This document shows positions 29,131-43,353 of a stretch of DNA of 64,000 nt, piece by piece. How positions within the stretch are numbered: position 1 is the first letter of the stretch; each line of letters starts with the position of its first letter. The notes under the pieces were generated by a model. The model worked only from the letters and a program-made list of their open reading frames with translations. It was not told where the DNA came from and made no database searches. The DNA is taken from NCBI RefSeq assembly GCF_009914755.1, contig NC_060927.1; one strand, 5' to 3'. The translations under genes and the position numbers were made by a program. The stretch comes from the human T2T-CHM13v2.0 reference genome, Homo sapiens.

Positions 29131-30637
29131 AAAACAAACCTTGTAATAGAAAGAGAATAAATTGAATGCAATCAACATGAAAACAAGTTCCATGAGAGAG
29201 AAGAAAAGAAAGCAAATGATTGTGATGAAGGCAGTCTAGGTCTTTCCAGAAAACAAGGCTCGTATGTTCAGAGACTATTTAAATTCATTTTTGAGGCTAT
29301 CTAGACAGGCAACCTACAACTTAACAAGCTCAATAATTCTTATATTCTCTCTGCTACTGTGATTAAGAGGCATCCTAAAATTATAATTATTTAATTTTGA
29401 ATTTATATATAGTCCCTAATATGTGGCATATTTCCTTAAGAAGCATTCCTTTTGCATTATCTGCTCATTCTCTGTTAGGTTAAACCTTCATGTTCCATGA
29501 TGCGCCATCACTTTTGATATTTAGCTTGAGCCCAGATTAGTACATAGAATAAATATTTCCTCCAACATAACTTGGCAAAATTAATGATTTTTACATGGTT
29601 TCATCTGGTAAAATAAAGCATAGTGTATATGATTCCCAAAGCAGTGAAAATAAAATCTCTGTGTACCTCTGTGTTCTCAGAGGGTATTAAGGATGCCAAA
29701 GCTACTTTTAAGGACGTGTATAGCTAACAGCCTTTGAATATACACAGCTCAGAAACTCTGAAGATTCTGGTGTACTAAGAGAAACTGTTCTCAGACACAA
29801 AAAGTGGTAAACTTCTTGAAAGTGGACAATTTTTATTGGTGAGGAGTGTTAAAATGTTAAAAACATGACCTTAATATAGTGCTATTTTTCACCTTTGAAA
29901 TTACATTTCAAAAAGTGACAATTTTTAGAAGTCACTTCTACCTCACTGTAAAGGGTTGAATTTTCTTAGTATAAATAGAATCTGCACTTACAAAACACAT
30001 AAATTAGAAGGTGATTATTTACACTACAAAGGATTCACTGCAGGGTTCCTTTAAGACTCTACTAGTGATTTTAAGTAATTGTTTATAGTTCATTAACTAC
30101 TTTGTAGAAAGACTAGAGGGAGCAGACAGCCTTAATTCCAAAGATCAACAAGAAATAAAGAATAAAATATTTGGGAAATAGACACCTGAAGTATTGGGTA
30201 TGAAACATCCTATTTTTTAAGATAAGGAGCTAAAAGAAAAAATACAAATGGCCCTATGTCATCCAGTTAGTTACCTGCATGAGCAAAGCAAAAACTCAGC
30301 TTTTTGGGTTCTCTGTCTGAAAGTCCATCCATTAAACAAAAACCAGCTAGATATGGCTTAGTTTGCAAAAATGTGACCACCAAAAGACTGTTCAGTAAGA
30401 TATCAATTGCAGAGTGAAGACTTTTCATTTATAACTATAAATCAAGAATTGTTGATTTTATCACATTCTTTATCAGATCAAAAGCTAGGAATAGAAGGTT
30501 GAGCAGAAAGAGTACATAAATATTGTTTGAGAGCTTGGCATTAAAGCACCTCTTCTAAAAAAAATTAAAATTAAAATGATTTGAGAAACTAAGGGATAGC
30601 CCAAGGGATGCAATAGTCCATTTTCTAATTGACGCCT

Positions 30638-31062
30638 TGTGTTGCAAGTTGGGCTCTCCAGGAAAAAAACCTCAGATTGACTTTACTGCCCAGAATGTTT
30701 TAGGGAGTTCCCTTCAGATAAACTTGTAGACAAGTGGAAGAGGAAGTAAGAGCAGGTTGAGAAAGAAATGAAGCTACAATACAGGCAAGCCAAGAGCCTC
30801 AACCAAACATATGTGAAACTGTGGGATTAAAACAGCCTATCAGAGTATCTTGCCTTAGGCTAAAATGGTGGAAATATCTTTACCACCATCAGTCATTAGA
30901 CGTGGGCCAGCCTGAGAAGGGAATGGCCTTGATGAGAGGGGCTTGCAGTCACTGTTGAATCCTTGCAGGTGCTGATAGCTAAAGACTGAGCACTACCAGC
31001 AGCTGGGGCAACATACATTTCCTCAAAGAGGGATCCATTCAGTGCATCTCCATGTCTATCAT
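30638..31062 (-). mobile_element. LTR16C-like ERVL solo LTR
   Basis: TGTGTTGCAAGTTGGGCTCTCCAGG...GAGCAGGTTGAGAAAGAAATGAAGCTACAAT...CAGCAGCTGGGGCAACA resembles the reverse LTR16C pattern. Confidence 0.65.
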
Positions 31063-31099
31063 ACCTTCAAATTCAGGATTTCATGTATAATCTTTGAAG

Positions 31100-31230
31100 A
31101 TAGCTAGGTACAAATATCTGCTTTGTTCATACTAGCAATATGAGTTTGGGCAATTCATCTAAGAAAATTGGGTCTCAATTTCCTCATGTTTAAACCAGAG
31201 AAAATAATGCTTACCTCATAGAGTCATCTA
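31100..31230 (+). mobile_element. MIR fragment
   Basis: TTTGGGCAATTCATCTAA...TCTCAATTTCCTCATGTTTAAA...ATAATGCTTACCTCATAG. Confidence 0.65.
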
Positions 31231-31257
31231 AGTTCCATGCATAGCCCACACATGGTG

Positions 31258-33838
31258 GTCAACCCATAGCCAACATTATACTGAATGAACAAAAGCTGGA
31301 AGCATTCCCCCTACAAACCGGAACAAGACAAAGAAGTCCACTCTCACCACTCCTACTAAACATAGTGCTGGAAGTCTTACCCAGAGCAGTCATGCAAGAG
31401 AAAGAAAGAAAAAGCATCAAATAGGAAAAGAAGTCAAATTATCTCTCTTCACTGATGGTATGATTCTATGCACAGAAAACTCTAAAGACTCCACCAAAAG
31501 TTTCCTCCAACTGATAAACAACTTAAAAGTTCCAGGATAAAGAGTCAGTATACAAAAATCAGTAGCGTTTCTGTATACCAATAACATTCAAGCTGAGAGC
31601 CAAATCAAGAATACAATCCCATTTACAACAGCCACAAACAAAATACCTAATAATATATCTGGAAGTGAAAGATATCTACAAGGGGAACTACAAAACACTG
31701 ATGAAAAAAATCAAATAACACAAACAATGGAAAAACATTACATGCTCATGGATAGCAAGAATCAATGTTATGAAAATGGTCATACTGCCCAAAGCAATCG
31801 TAGATTCAATGCTCTTCTTATTAGACTACCAATGTTATTTTTCACAGAATTAAACAAATCTATTATGAAATTCAATAGGTGCCGAAAAAAAAGTCCAAAT
31901 AGCCAAACCAATCCTAAGCAAAAAGAACAAAGCTGGAGACATCACATTACCCAATTTCAAACTATTTTGTAAGGCTATGGTACCAAAACAGCCTGGTACT
32001 GGTATTAAAGTAGACAAATAGACGAAAGGAATAGAATAGAGAAGCCAGAAATAAAGGGACACAACTACAGCCATCTGATCCTTGAGAAAGCTGACAAAAA
32101 CAAGCAATGAGGGAAAGGACTTCCTGTTCAATAAATAGTGCTGGGATAACTGGCTAGCCATGTGCAGAAGAACGAAACTGAACCCCTACCTTTCAGCATA
32201 TACAAAAATTAACTCAAGATGGATTAAAAATTTAAATGTAACAACTCACAGTATAGGAATCCTAGAAGAAAATCTGGGAAATACCATCCTGGACATTGGC
32301 CTTGGGAAATAACTTAGGACCAATTCTTCAAGCAATTGCAACAAAAATAAAACTTCACAAGTGGGACCTAATTAAACTGAAGAGTTTGCACACAGCAAAA
32401 GAGACTATCCACAGTGTAAATAGACATCCTACAGAATGGAAGAAAATATTGACAAACTATGCATCTGACAAAGGTCTAATATACAAAATATATAACAAAC
32501 TTAGACAAATCAACAAGATAAAAACAAATAACCTCATTAAAACATGGAACAAAGGGTATGAACAGACACTTTTCCAAACAAGACATACAAGTGGCCAACA
32601 AACATGAAAAAAAATGCTCAATATTCCCTAATCATTAGGGAAATACAAATCATGATGAGATACCATTTCATGCCAGTCTGTATGGCTATTATTAAAAAGT
32701 AAAAAAATAACAGATGTTGGTGAGGCTGTGGAGAAAAGGGAATGCTTATACACTGTTGGTGGGAATGTAAATTAGTTCAGCCATTGTGGAATGCAGTTTC
32801 TAGATATCTCAAAAGACTTAAAAACAGAACTACTATTTAACCCAGCCATCCCATCAGTGGGTATACACTCAAAGGAAAATAAATTGGTCTACCAAAAAGA
32901 CACATGCACTCATATGTTCATTGCAGCACTATTCATAGTAACAAAGACATGGAATTGTGAAAGGAAAATCTTAGGCCCCCAAAATCACTAAACTAAAGGG
33001 AAAAATTCAAGCTGGGAACTGCTTAGGGCGAACCTGCCTCCCATTCTATTCAAAGTCATCCCTCTGCTCACTGAGATAAACACATATCTGATTGCCTCCT
33101 TTGGAAAGGCTAATCAGAAACTCAAAAGAATGCAACCATTTGTCTCTTACCTATCTGTGACCTGGAAGCCCCCTCCCACTTCGAGTTGTCCCGCTTTTGC
33201 TTCAAATTGTCCCACCTTTCTGGACCGAACCAATGTTCATTTTACATAAGTTGATTGATGTCTCCTGTCTCCCTAAAATGAATAAAACCCAAGCTGTGCT
33301 CTGACCACCTTAGGCACCTGTCATCAGGACCTCTTCAGGTTATCATGGGCACATGTCCTCAACCTTGGCAAAATACATTTTGTAAATTAACTGTGACCGC
33401 TCTCAAATTTTAGGGGTTCACATAATCAATCTAGGTGACCATCAGTGGTAAATTGGATAAATAAAATGTGGTACATAAACACTGTGGAATACTATGCAGC
33501 TATAAAAAAGAAAGAAATCATATCCTCTGCAGGAACATAGATGCAGCTAGAGGCCATTATCCTAAGTGAGATAATACAGGAAGAGAAAACCAAATATTGC
33601 ATGTTCTTACTTATAAGTGGGAGCAAAACATTGGGACGTAAACACATGAATAATAAACACTGAGGACTGTTGGGGAGAGGGAAGGGTCAAAACCTACCCA
33701 TTGGGTACTATGCTCAGTACCTAAATGATGAGATCATTTGTACTCCATACCTCTACATCATGCAATATACTCAAGTAATAAACCTATACATGTACTCCCT
33801 GAATCTAAAATAAAAGTCAAAATTATTTTTTTAAAAAA
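31258..33838 (+). mobile_element. 5'-truncated L1PA15/16-like element
   Basis: ORF2 RT to C-terminus (CCAACATTATACTGAATG...; ACTCTCACCACTCCTA...) and 3' UTR (...CCCTGAATCTAAAATAAAAG). Interrupted by MER4A. Confidence 0.93.
32956..33422 (+). mobile_element. MER4A-type ERV1 solo LTR
   Basis: TGTGAAAGGAAAATCTTAGGCCCCCAAAATCACTAA...GGGTTCACA, 467 bp; 4-bp TSD GAAT/TAAT (one mismatch). Confidence 0.9.
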
Positions 33839-36169
33839 GACTACTTATTATGGATATGATTTACTGATTATTCTCTTAATGAATGAGATGGTGTTTTTAT
33901 TACAAGTTTCTTCCTAATACTTATCTCTTGGAAGAAATATTATAGACTCATATGGCTTAGGGTAGCTTGGATCTGAGATTATAAAAATTACCTTAAAATT
34001 TTCAAATTATGAAACAGAACTTCAAGGTCTTAAGAATATATATAAACACACAAATATATGCGTGTGTATATAAATGAATGTATATATATTTATTTGTATA
34101 TATTCATCTATATTCACAAATAAATATGTATTTGTATATATAATATATATATAAATAAATACACAATAACTCCGATAAAGTTCTCATCCTTACTGACTGC
34201 ATATGGTAGTTACCTTTATTTTCTCCATTTCATAGGTGAGAATACATAAATTTAGTTAAATTAAATTATTTGCTCATATCAGTTTGAGTATAAGACCCCA
34301 AATCTAATACAATATACTTATTTGTCAATGCTGGAGAACTTAGACAATCTTGGGATTGCAGCTGGCACATAGTAGACAGTCAATAAATTAATAATTATTT
34401 CACATGCTTGCATGTGCATCCATATCTCTGCAACTGGATTTTCAGTTCCCTAAAGGCAATGATCATATGGCTCTGGCACCTAGGATGATGCCTTAAATAT
34501 AATACACGTTCAATGATACTTATTTTATGATTGAAAGCTCTAAGGAGCTTGTTATAATACCTTCTAATACCACAAATGTCTATTCAAATGCAACCTTTCA
34601 TAAGAGAACATTATTCAGTAGAATAGTAGATGGTCCCTAAACACGTCTCTATATATGCATCATGGAATCAAATCAGAAATATTGGATACAGGTTTTAATC
34701 AGAGTTCCTCAATAATTGATACAAAACACAGTATGAAAACACGATATTTTAAAATACTGTAATTCACATAAAAGTACAAAGTTAAAATAAATATAAGTCA
34801 ATTAAATGTTTAACTTTCCTTACTTTTTGAGTTTGTTGTGGTTCCGATTTTCAAATATGTATTAGCTTTTCTTTTACTGTACATATAATTGAATCCTTTC
34901 TTTTCTTTATGGTGGCCTTTAGATAGACAGCTCTCTTCTTGCTGTATTTATTTGGGGAGACTGAGATGGCTAACAAAAATATACATCTTTTATTCTTATG
35001 AAGGTAATGATATATTACCATACAGAAGTTGAGAGAAGAATAAAAACATAGGAAACTACAGTAAGAAATACAAGATCTATACTATTTTTAATGTAAACGC
35101 AGTTTTGTGAAAGAGGATGTTTGTAAAAGAGAATCAAGAAAGAGGTAAATAAATAAGAAGGAAAAGCTCCATCATAGCCCTGTTTTTTCAGAAATGTTAC
35201 ATAGTTTCTGATATAGAGGTAGAGAATAAAATTATAATAGAATTTAAAAATAGAATTTTTCCTTAACAAGTAAATAAAAATATTAGAGCCTGTAAACCTA
35301 TTTTAAAATAGGACTTTACACAGATACACCTGTGTAGTAATTCATTATTTAAAATAAACCAAACAACTGAGCAAAATAATGAAATAAATAAACCAAATGA
35401 AAAGAAAATAGGAATAAATAGTAGCCATCGTTCAGAGTGATGAGGGATGAGGCAATTTAATATTTACTATGTTTCAACAAGGTAAACATTGGCAAACTTA
35501 AACTTCAAAAAGTGTTGAAAGAAAGACAGAAGTGCTGGTGAGCTCTGAGAAAAGTTTTACTAGAAAATAAGTGAAGCATAGAGGAGCCGCTGAAATAGGC
35601 ATGAAGTTAGGAAATGAAGGCAGTGCTCGGCAAATATTCCAAAAAGGGGTAGAAGAGTTTATATGTAAGAAATAAAAGAGAAAAAATAAGTGAGGGGTAT
35701 GAAGTTCGTGGTTTTGTTTTGCAATTTTGACATTGCTGCAACACCTAAAAGCTATTCTTGTAAGGAATTTACCACCACACTCTGATACGACATAGTATCA
35801 GTAGTATTTGGGGAAAATGTATATAGAATAAGAGCGGAAAATAAGATGCCACTTACTGAGTTTTATCTTACGTCATCTTCACCATAACCCTATGATTACC
35901 AATTTATAGATAAAGAACAGGAGGGACACAGTAATTAACAAAATCCCCATGGTCTGAGAATAGAAGAGTCAGAATTTTTACCAGGTGTAACAACAAGACC
36001 AACGACTAGATGAATTCGTATTTCAGGCCAAGGAGTTTGAATTTAATTCTTTAAGAATCAAGGAGCCATTGCAGGTTTTTATTCAAGTTATAGAATTCTC
36101 TTATCAATAACTGTGCCTCATTATGATTGGGTAACTTAATTATGATAGCATCAAAATATCTGCTCACTG

Positions 36170-36300
36170 CCTGTTGAGAGTTTTCACACAGAGAGGGAAG
36201 GCCAGGCAGTACCAGGCAGTTTCTCTGAGCTGAGAAGGCAGGTGAGAGTCCTGGGAAACCAAGGAACCATCTGCCTACAAAGGCAGAGCCCCACAGAACA
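36170..36300 (+). mobile_element. L1M 5' UTR fragment
   Basis: GAGAGTTTTC...CCAGGCAG...TCTCTGAGCTGAGAAGGCAGGTGAGAGTCCTGGGAAACCAAGG resembles L1MC/L1M4 5' UTR sequence. Confidence 0.5.
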
Positions 36301-36619
36301 CTCCCACCAGGCCTGGGCATTGCAGTTTACTGTCTCAGAATTTCCACTGAGGCTACAAATACTAATCTCTAGAATTTGTGTCACTTTCAGGAAACAATGT
36401 TGCAAATTCCATAGGTGAACCACACAATTATTGTTCCTTTCTTTCCAGTAATAGAGGACAGATAATTGGCCTCTATTGTTTGTTTTGCATCTATTTTAAG
36501 ATCTCCATGTGAGAAGAAAATGTAGGTGCTGGGCAACCTAAATGGCCCTACAAGCATGGAATAAATATAGCAAGCACCATTGAAAGCTTCCTCTGTAGAA
36601 GAGCTACGGGCTTCCCATT

Positions 36620-36760
36620 GATGGTTTCATTAAATCCTTACAATAGCACCATGAGGTAGGTATGGTTATTATATTCAGTTTTACACGGTGGGAACAAAAG
36701 ATTTAGAAAAGTCAAATAATTTTTGCCTGTATAATAAGTGATGATGTCAGAATTTGAAGA
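36620..36760 (-). mobile_element. MIR fragment
   Basis: TCATTAAATCCTTACAATAGCACCATGAGGTAGG...ATTCAGTTTTACA... Confidence 0.65.
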
Positions 36761-37002
36761 AATGTAATTCCTTAAATTGTACTATTATCCAGTGCATATA
36801 CCATCTCTCAAATAAGGCAGCATTTGCTACATAGTTGACAAAAGGAAGGAGTGTGGCTATACCAGTTAAAATGCATCTCCATCCCTGGAAAGAACAGTTC
36901 AAAAACAAGTGAAAGACAGTTTTTCTACTAATATTTTTTAATTCTTATAGCACTTGACCCAATATTTTGCATATACTGCATACTCATAAATTGTTCCACA
37001 CA

Positions 37003-37296
37003 TTTTTTTTTTTTTTGAGATGGAGTCTCGCTCTGTCGCCCGGCTGGAGTGCAGTGGCGCGATCTTGGCTCACTGCAACCTCCGCCTCCTAGGTTGAAGT
37101 GATTCCCCTTGCCTCAGCCTCACAAGTAGCTGGGACTACAAGCGCCTGTCACCATGCCCAGCTAATTTTTGTATTTTTAGTAGAGACGGGGTTTCACCAT
37201 GTTGGCCAGGATGGTCTCAATCTCTTGATATCGTGATCCGCCTGCCTCGGCCTCCCAAAGTGCTAGCATTACAGGCGTGAAACACCGTGCCCTGCC
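37003..37296 (-). mobile_element. AluSc-like
   Basis: Full reverse Alu with CCAGGATGGTCTCAATCTCTTGA. Approximate TSD TCCACACATTT / TCCGCAAATTT. Confidence 0.95.
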
Positions 37297-39390
37297 TCCG
37301 CAAATTTTTTTTTAATTCAGAATGTGTGATTATATAAGAAAGAAAGAAACAAGACAGAATAATTTCTTATTTTTCAAAGAATCCTCTCCTTCAACTATCA
37401 TTCACGGAAGCATTCTGGTCTTCCAAACTAAGCCCTGATAAAACATTAGGAACAAGTTTAGAATTGTGAAATCACCTACACTTCCTTCTCAAGACCAATG
37501 GAATTTCACCCTAAGTGAAAAGACACAATTCTGAATAGCTTTGAAACGTGATTTTCAGCACTTAAGCCACTTAAGTCAATGCTGAATATTACTAGCATTA
37601 CAGAGAAAGAAAAATACGCAGCTGGTAGATTCACAATACAAGGACTTGATAAAGAAGCTTCCTTGCAGATGAATAGGAAGGGCCACCTGGTCCTAGTGTG
37701 ACAATCAATAGAGATATTGTGGTGCAGCACAAGCCCCTGCAGGTTAATGAAAGGGACAGAAAAACCTGGAGGGGGAAAGGTGGCAAAAATGACAAAAAAG
37801 GTTCAATGATAAAATGTAGGGAAATACTGAGAGGGCAGAGTATCTCTCTAGGAGGTCACAAAAAATTACTAGTAGACACTTGATCAAGGTCTGTAACTTC
37901 AAGTTAAAAACATAAATGAAGTAAGGGAGTTATTCAGAATCTCTGAATATAGTAGGGAAAAGATCAGTGCCTTGGAACTAAAAAGAGGTACTTTGAACTA
38001 AAATTTTGGGGGCAAAAGTTTTTGTAATACTTTGAACAATTGGACAATAGGCTTAACCCCTAAGGGAATCCCATGAATGGATCTTAACTACAGACAGCGT
38101 ATGAAAGGTCGGAGATGAAATCAACCAGACCCAGGGACTAAGTTGCTATCACAGTGGTAAGAATCAAGACTGTCCTTTTGCAAGTAACAAAGATTCTATC
38201 ACTTAAAAAAATTCAAAATATTTTGTTTGCTTAATCAAACACAGTAACTCCTTTGGTGCCTTTTGAAGATTACCGTCACAATGCAAGTTCAACTTTAAAT
38301 GAGTGTGAATAATAATGGGACTCTGCATTGGGTATTCAATGCATAACTAGAGGATGTTACGTAATGAATTGTGCTTATTGAAGGTTCACTCACTATAGAT
38401 TCTGTAAGCATGTGTTTGGTTTATCATAGCTCCTTTGAGTAGATTCTAATCAGCCACATCAATGTAATAATGTGACTAGGTGCTTCCTACTCCTTACACT
38501 TGCCTACCACCCATTGCTGACTGTCTTGAAATGTTTAGTCATTCGGTACTCAACTGGGTTAGAAAAAACAAACAAAAGCTCTGCTGAATGCTACTTACTT
38601 GCCAACATATTCACTGGCAATTTTACCCAAATTCTATAAGGACAGTGGATTGCAAAATATTTTAACTAGAAATGCATGAATTGTCCTTCACTTGTTTTAT
38701 CAACCTCAAACTAAATGCATGCAGATGAAGTCTGGTTTGTGAAAAAGTCTTTATAAACATTCTTATTTCCTTTAGGCCAGGAACTTGGTCTTTGGGAACT
38801 TTTATAAAGCCTGTGTATGCTATTTATCAGAGAGCTCCTAATCTTTATTTTGTTTTATTTTTTAAAAAATCAAGAAAAGCGAAACCACCTCCTTTCTTTC
38901 TCATAAACTGCAGCTTTGAAAATTATTTGTTTTGTCTACCTACTAAGCACCTACTTAATATTGTGTAACTAGTATAACCTGTACACAATAAATTATAAGA
39001 AATAATAAGTACTTTTCTATATGCAAATATAGATGTAATTTTTTAAAGTCACATGAATAAGTTACTTTACTCCATCACTTTTACAACTGAAGGATTTAAT
39101 ACTGAGTAGTTTATAACTTGCCTAGGATCTTATAGTTATTTGAATAACAGAACTCAAATTCATGTCTTTCTGATGCCAATGTTCATACTTTTTAATACCC
39201 TTTTACACAGTCTCATATTTACACCATAGAGACTTATGATCCCTATACCAGGAAATGTATTTGACTTTGTTCCATTTCCATTAATGTAGTGATATTCCCT
39301 TGTAATCAGAGACAGTTTCTCATTAACCTGTGTCCCAGTGTAATATTTGACTTGTTGTACACAGTAAACAGTTGATGAGTAAGTAGTCAC

Positions 39391-39712
39391 TGCTATGGTT
39401 TGAATGTTTTTGTCTCCTCCAAATGTATGTATTGGAAACTTAATCTCCAATGTAACAATGTTAGAAAGTGGAGCCTAATGCAGGGCAGAACCTTCATAAA
39501 TGGATTAACGCCACTATAAAATGGCTCTCTGGAGTGAGTTCTCTTTTCCTGCTCTTATGCCATGTGAGGAAGGAGAAAGAAGGTCCTAACCAGATGCCAG
39601 TGTCTTCTTCTTGGACTTTCCAGCCTCCAGAACAGTGGGAAATAATTTTTTGTTCTTTATAAATTACCAAGTCTCAAGTATTCTATTACAGCAGCACAAA
39701 CAGACTAATAAT
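39391..39712 (+). mobile_element. MSTC/MSTD-like solo MaLR LTR
   Basis: TGCTATGGTTTGAATG...GGACTTTCCAGCCTCCAGAAC...CAGACTAATA. 5-bp TSD GTCAC at 39386-39390 and 39713-39717. Confidence 0.88.
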
Positions 39713-40149
39713 GTCACTAAGGATGTGAAACAGGAAATTTCTTTTTTTCTATTCTATTAGAGGTAAAACTTTATTTTCTTGCACTTATGACATACCTTGT
39801 TCTTTTAGAAAGTTTCAGGCTCCACTTTCACTGCCTCCCTTTTCCTAACCTTGACCAGATCCTTTACATATGGCCACAAGGTTATATAATATAATAATGG
39901 CTTTGAAGTGTAAAAATTATGATTTCATATTATAATTTCTCAGTAACTTTGTGAAACTGGACAGGTTTCTAAACTGTGTTGAGTAAAAACCTCCTAATAT
40001 AAAAACTGAGGGTGTAGGTATAGGTGGTGTTATGATATTTGGCCCCAAAATGGTACAAATAGTAGGCACTCAATAATGTAATAGGTGATATCTTATTACC
40101 AAACATCTTAATTATAACCAATTATGAGACATATATTTTAATAATAAAC

Positions 40150-40420
40150 TTCAGGAAATATGTATTAGTATATGATATTACCATGCACCAAGTCTAGTCT
40201 GGATTTTACTAGAGTTCAATATTAGTCTAGCAACAATAAAAGATATAATGTCTCTGCTCTCAAGTGGCTCCAGGTGTAGGGGGAAACACAGATAATGAAA
40301 AAAATAATTATACAACAATATGCTACAATAATGGTATGAGCAGAGTGCTACGGGAACACAGAGAAAGGAACAATTAACTGTCCAGGGTCAGAGTAACCTC
40401 AGGTAAGATAATTTAGAGGA
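40150..40420 (-). mobile_element. L2 fragment
   Basis: TGTCTCTGCTCTCAAGTGGCTCCAGG...AGAGTGCTACGGGAACACAGAGAAAGGAACAATTAACT. Confidence 0.65.
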
Positions 40421-41100
40421 ACAATTAATTTAAAAAAAAAACACATAGTTTTCCAAAGAACAGGTAATTCTGTTGTGAGCTCATTAAACAAAGACAATAC
40501 TAAAAGCCCAGAATTTCCGGTAAGCTAGAATGTGACTATTTTGCACTGTAGCATAAAGACCCAGAACCATAAGAACACTTTCTTTAGTATTTATTATTAA
40601 TTTTATGATGTGATATATAGGCAAACAAGTGAACTTGCAAGATGAAAGGTCAACATTGCTGACTTAAAGAGCACTGAACTCCTTAACGGAAAACAATGAC
40701 TTTGACTACACACTTTGAGAATAGATCACAAGTCTTAATTTTATGAAATGTCTCAAATCTTGGCTTAGTGCCATCACTGATTTTTATTTGAAGTCACGTG
40801 TTAAAAAAGAAGAAAAATAAATAAATATAAATATCATCAAAGAAAGAAAGGCAGGAATTTTTCCATGAACAAGAGGCCAAATTTCCAACATCATAGTAGC
40901 ACAAGCAAGTGGTATGAGAATGTCATTAGAGTTTAGTGTGTTTCCACAGATTTACCTCAACTTTTTCTGCATTTACCTTTAGTGGATTTAAAAAGAATTG
41001 TGTGAAATTAAATGTGTCTAAAAGGTATTAAGGAAAAATTATATTTTTTCTTCCAAATTTTAAATTATGAAAAGATAATTGGAAAAAAAAATAAGTCTTT

Positions 41101-41330
41101 GAGACCCATAGAATGTACAACTCCAAGTGGGACCATCACTTCGGTGACGATGATGTGCCAAAGTAGGTTCATCAGTTGTAACCAATATACCACTTTGGTT
41201 GGGATGTTGATAATGAAGGGGCTGTGCATGTGTAGGGACAGGGGCATATGGGAAGTCTCTGTACCTTCCTCTTAATTTTGAGGTGAGTCTACCACTGCTC
41301 TAAAAACACAAAATCTTAAAAACTAAAATA
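41101..41330 (+). mobile_element. L1MC 3' end
   Basis: CCCATAGAATGTACAAC...GTAGGTTCATCAGTTGTAACCAATATACCACT...GGGAAGTCTCTGTACCTTCC...CTGCTCTAAAAA. Confidence 0.85.
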
Positions 41331-41709
41331 AAAATGTCTTTATAGCCATTATTTTCCATCCCTATGCCTGTTTTCTTAACTCTGAAATAAGGTGGCTTTA
41401 TCACCATTCTAATTCTACAATTTATTTCTATTTCTAGAAAACTAAGACTTTCAGCATCACCAGCAACATTGTCTGCTTTTAAAGAAGCATAGAAGCACCT
41501 CCTCAATTACAGATTAAGTGAGCCACGATAGTGGAATAATTTTTTAAATTGCAGTGATTTGAGCTTTTCCAAAAATTGCAGGATAGTTATTTTTTATTTC
41601 TGTTGAGTTGAGGTAGATAATTTGTTTTAAAATGCAGTGATGCAACCGATACGTACATTGAAAGAGTTACTAAGGCTATTTACAAACTTGCTATTTTTAC
41701 AACAGTTCT

Positions 41710-41900
41710 AGTTATTAAATGCACATTATGTGCTTGGCATTGTCATTCTCTATACACATTTCATTTCATTTCGTCCCCACAGCCATCTTATTAGGTAGGT
41801 ATTATAACTGTTTCCATTACAAGATGATGAAAGTAAGATTCAGAAAATGGAAGTGACTTGTCAAGAACATAGAATTAATTCATATCCCAGGCACAATTTT
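41710..41900 (-). mobile_element. MIR fragment
   Basis: TATGTGCTTGGCATTGT...TCCCCACAGCCATCTTATTAGGTAGGTATTAT...AAGTGACTTGTCAAG. Confidence 0.7.
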
Positions 41901-43054
41901 AAGCTGAGTCTTTTTGATTTTACACCACCAATCACGTCTCTTAATCATGAGCTTCAGATGTAGCGTTAATAGAAGAGTTTATTTATAGTTCTGTATTGTT
42001 TGGATGTTGCCCTAAGAGCTTATTACAATTGTGGACAGTAAAATAATAGATATTTCTAATTGCAAGCCATTTATATTTGTGATAATATATGTATAATAAC
42101 TCCATGAAGTCAGACACTCAGTCTGGCTCTACTGTCATAGAGTCCACCATAAGTTAAAAACACCTGGCACATGGTAAGCCTGCAATAGGCACATAATGTA
42201 CACATTTGCCAAATCATTGAATTTTGCTGGACTAACAACAGCATCAAAAAGGAAAGTTTAACTCAACAAAAATAAAAATACGATTTGCTCATCCTTTATT
42301 TAAGGATTCTCATGGAAGTCCAAAGATAGGCCTGGATTCATAAGCCCAACCCAAATTACCTTAATAACACAGCAATAAAATCCAATCACAATTCCCTACA
42401 GAGATTTTGCACTCCAATGACTAGTGACTAGAACTGTCCTTCCACTCAAGCACATTAATTGTATACTCTGCATCTAGTAGTGACTCAGAAGTCTTTTGTT
42501 TCCCTAAATGGATGGTATTATTTTAAAAAGTTAAACAGTGAAACAAAAGTAATTCTCATGTAGAATAAGCAAGTAACAATGGCAGCAGTAGACCCAAGGT
42601 GCTTGGTTATTAGTATTAATCTAAAACTCCCTCAACTATCATACTCTACTGTGGCTATGTAGAACCTATTGGCAGTCTGAATATAACTTTTTAAAATGAC
42701 TCTTCCTTAAACAGTTAAAATAAAGAGAAGACTTCTCACCACAAAATGTTTATGCATGCAAAAAGCCTTATTTGGTTTTCATAACCAATAGAAAACTGTT
42801 ATTTTTTTTAAAAAAAAAGCTGGCTTTGGTCTCAGATTTCCACAAATCTGTTTACTCCCTCCACCAAAGTCCATATTTCCAAATTGTCTGTGTTACCAAT
42901 TAAACCTAGACAATATTCCCTATGAAGTTTTATCTGATAGGAATACTAGACCTGCAGTTCTATGAGACATTTCTTTCCTCCCAGTTTTAAGAGGTGGTGT
43001 CTGTATGATGTTCCCAGGCTTGCTCAGGGTTGAATTGGCTTATTAAAAATTCCT

Positions 43055-43353
43055 GGCCAGGCGCGGTGGCTCACGCCTGTAAAAGCACTTTGGGAGGCCA
43101 AGGCAGGTGGATCAACTGAGATCAGGAGTTCGAGACCAGCCTGGCCAACATGGCAAAACCCCGACTAAAACTCTACTGAAAATACAAAAATTAGCCCGGC
43201 ATGGTGGCGCATGCCTGTAATCTCAGCTACTAGGGGGGCTGAGGCAGGAGGATAGCTTGAACTGGGAGGCAGAGGATGCAGTGAACTGAGATCGTGCCAT
43301 TGCACTCCCATCTGGGCAACAGAGTGAGACTCCGTCTCAAAAACATAAAAAAT
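43055..43353 (+). mobile_element. AluS (Sx/Sz-like)
   Basis: Full Alu. TSD AAAATTCCT at 43046-43054 and 43354-43362. Confidence 0.95.

Noticed and set aside
37552-37586. Small hairpin TTCAGCA-CTTAAG-CCA-CTTAAG-TCAA-TGCTGAA with two CACTTAAG motifs
   Set aside because: Short, bulged and AT-rich; within chance expectation.
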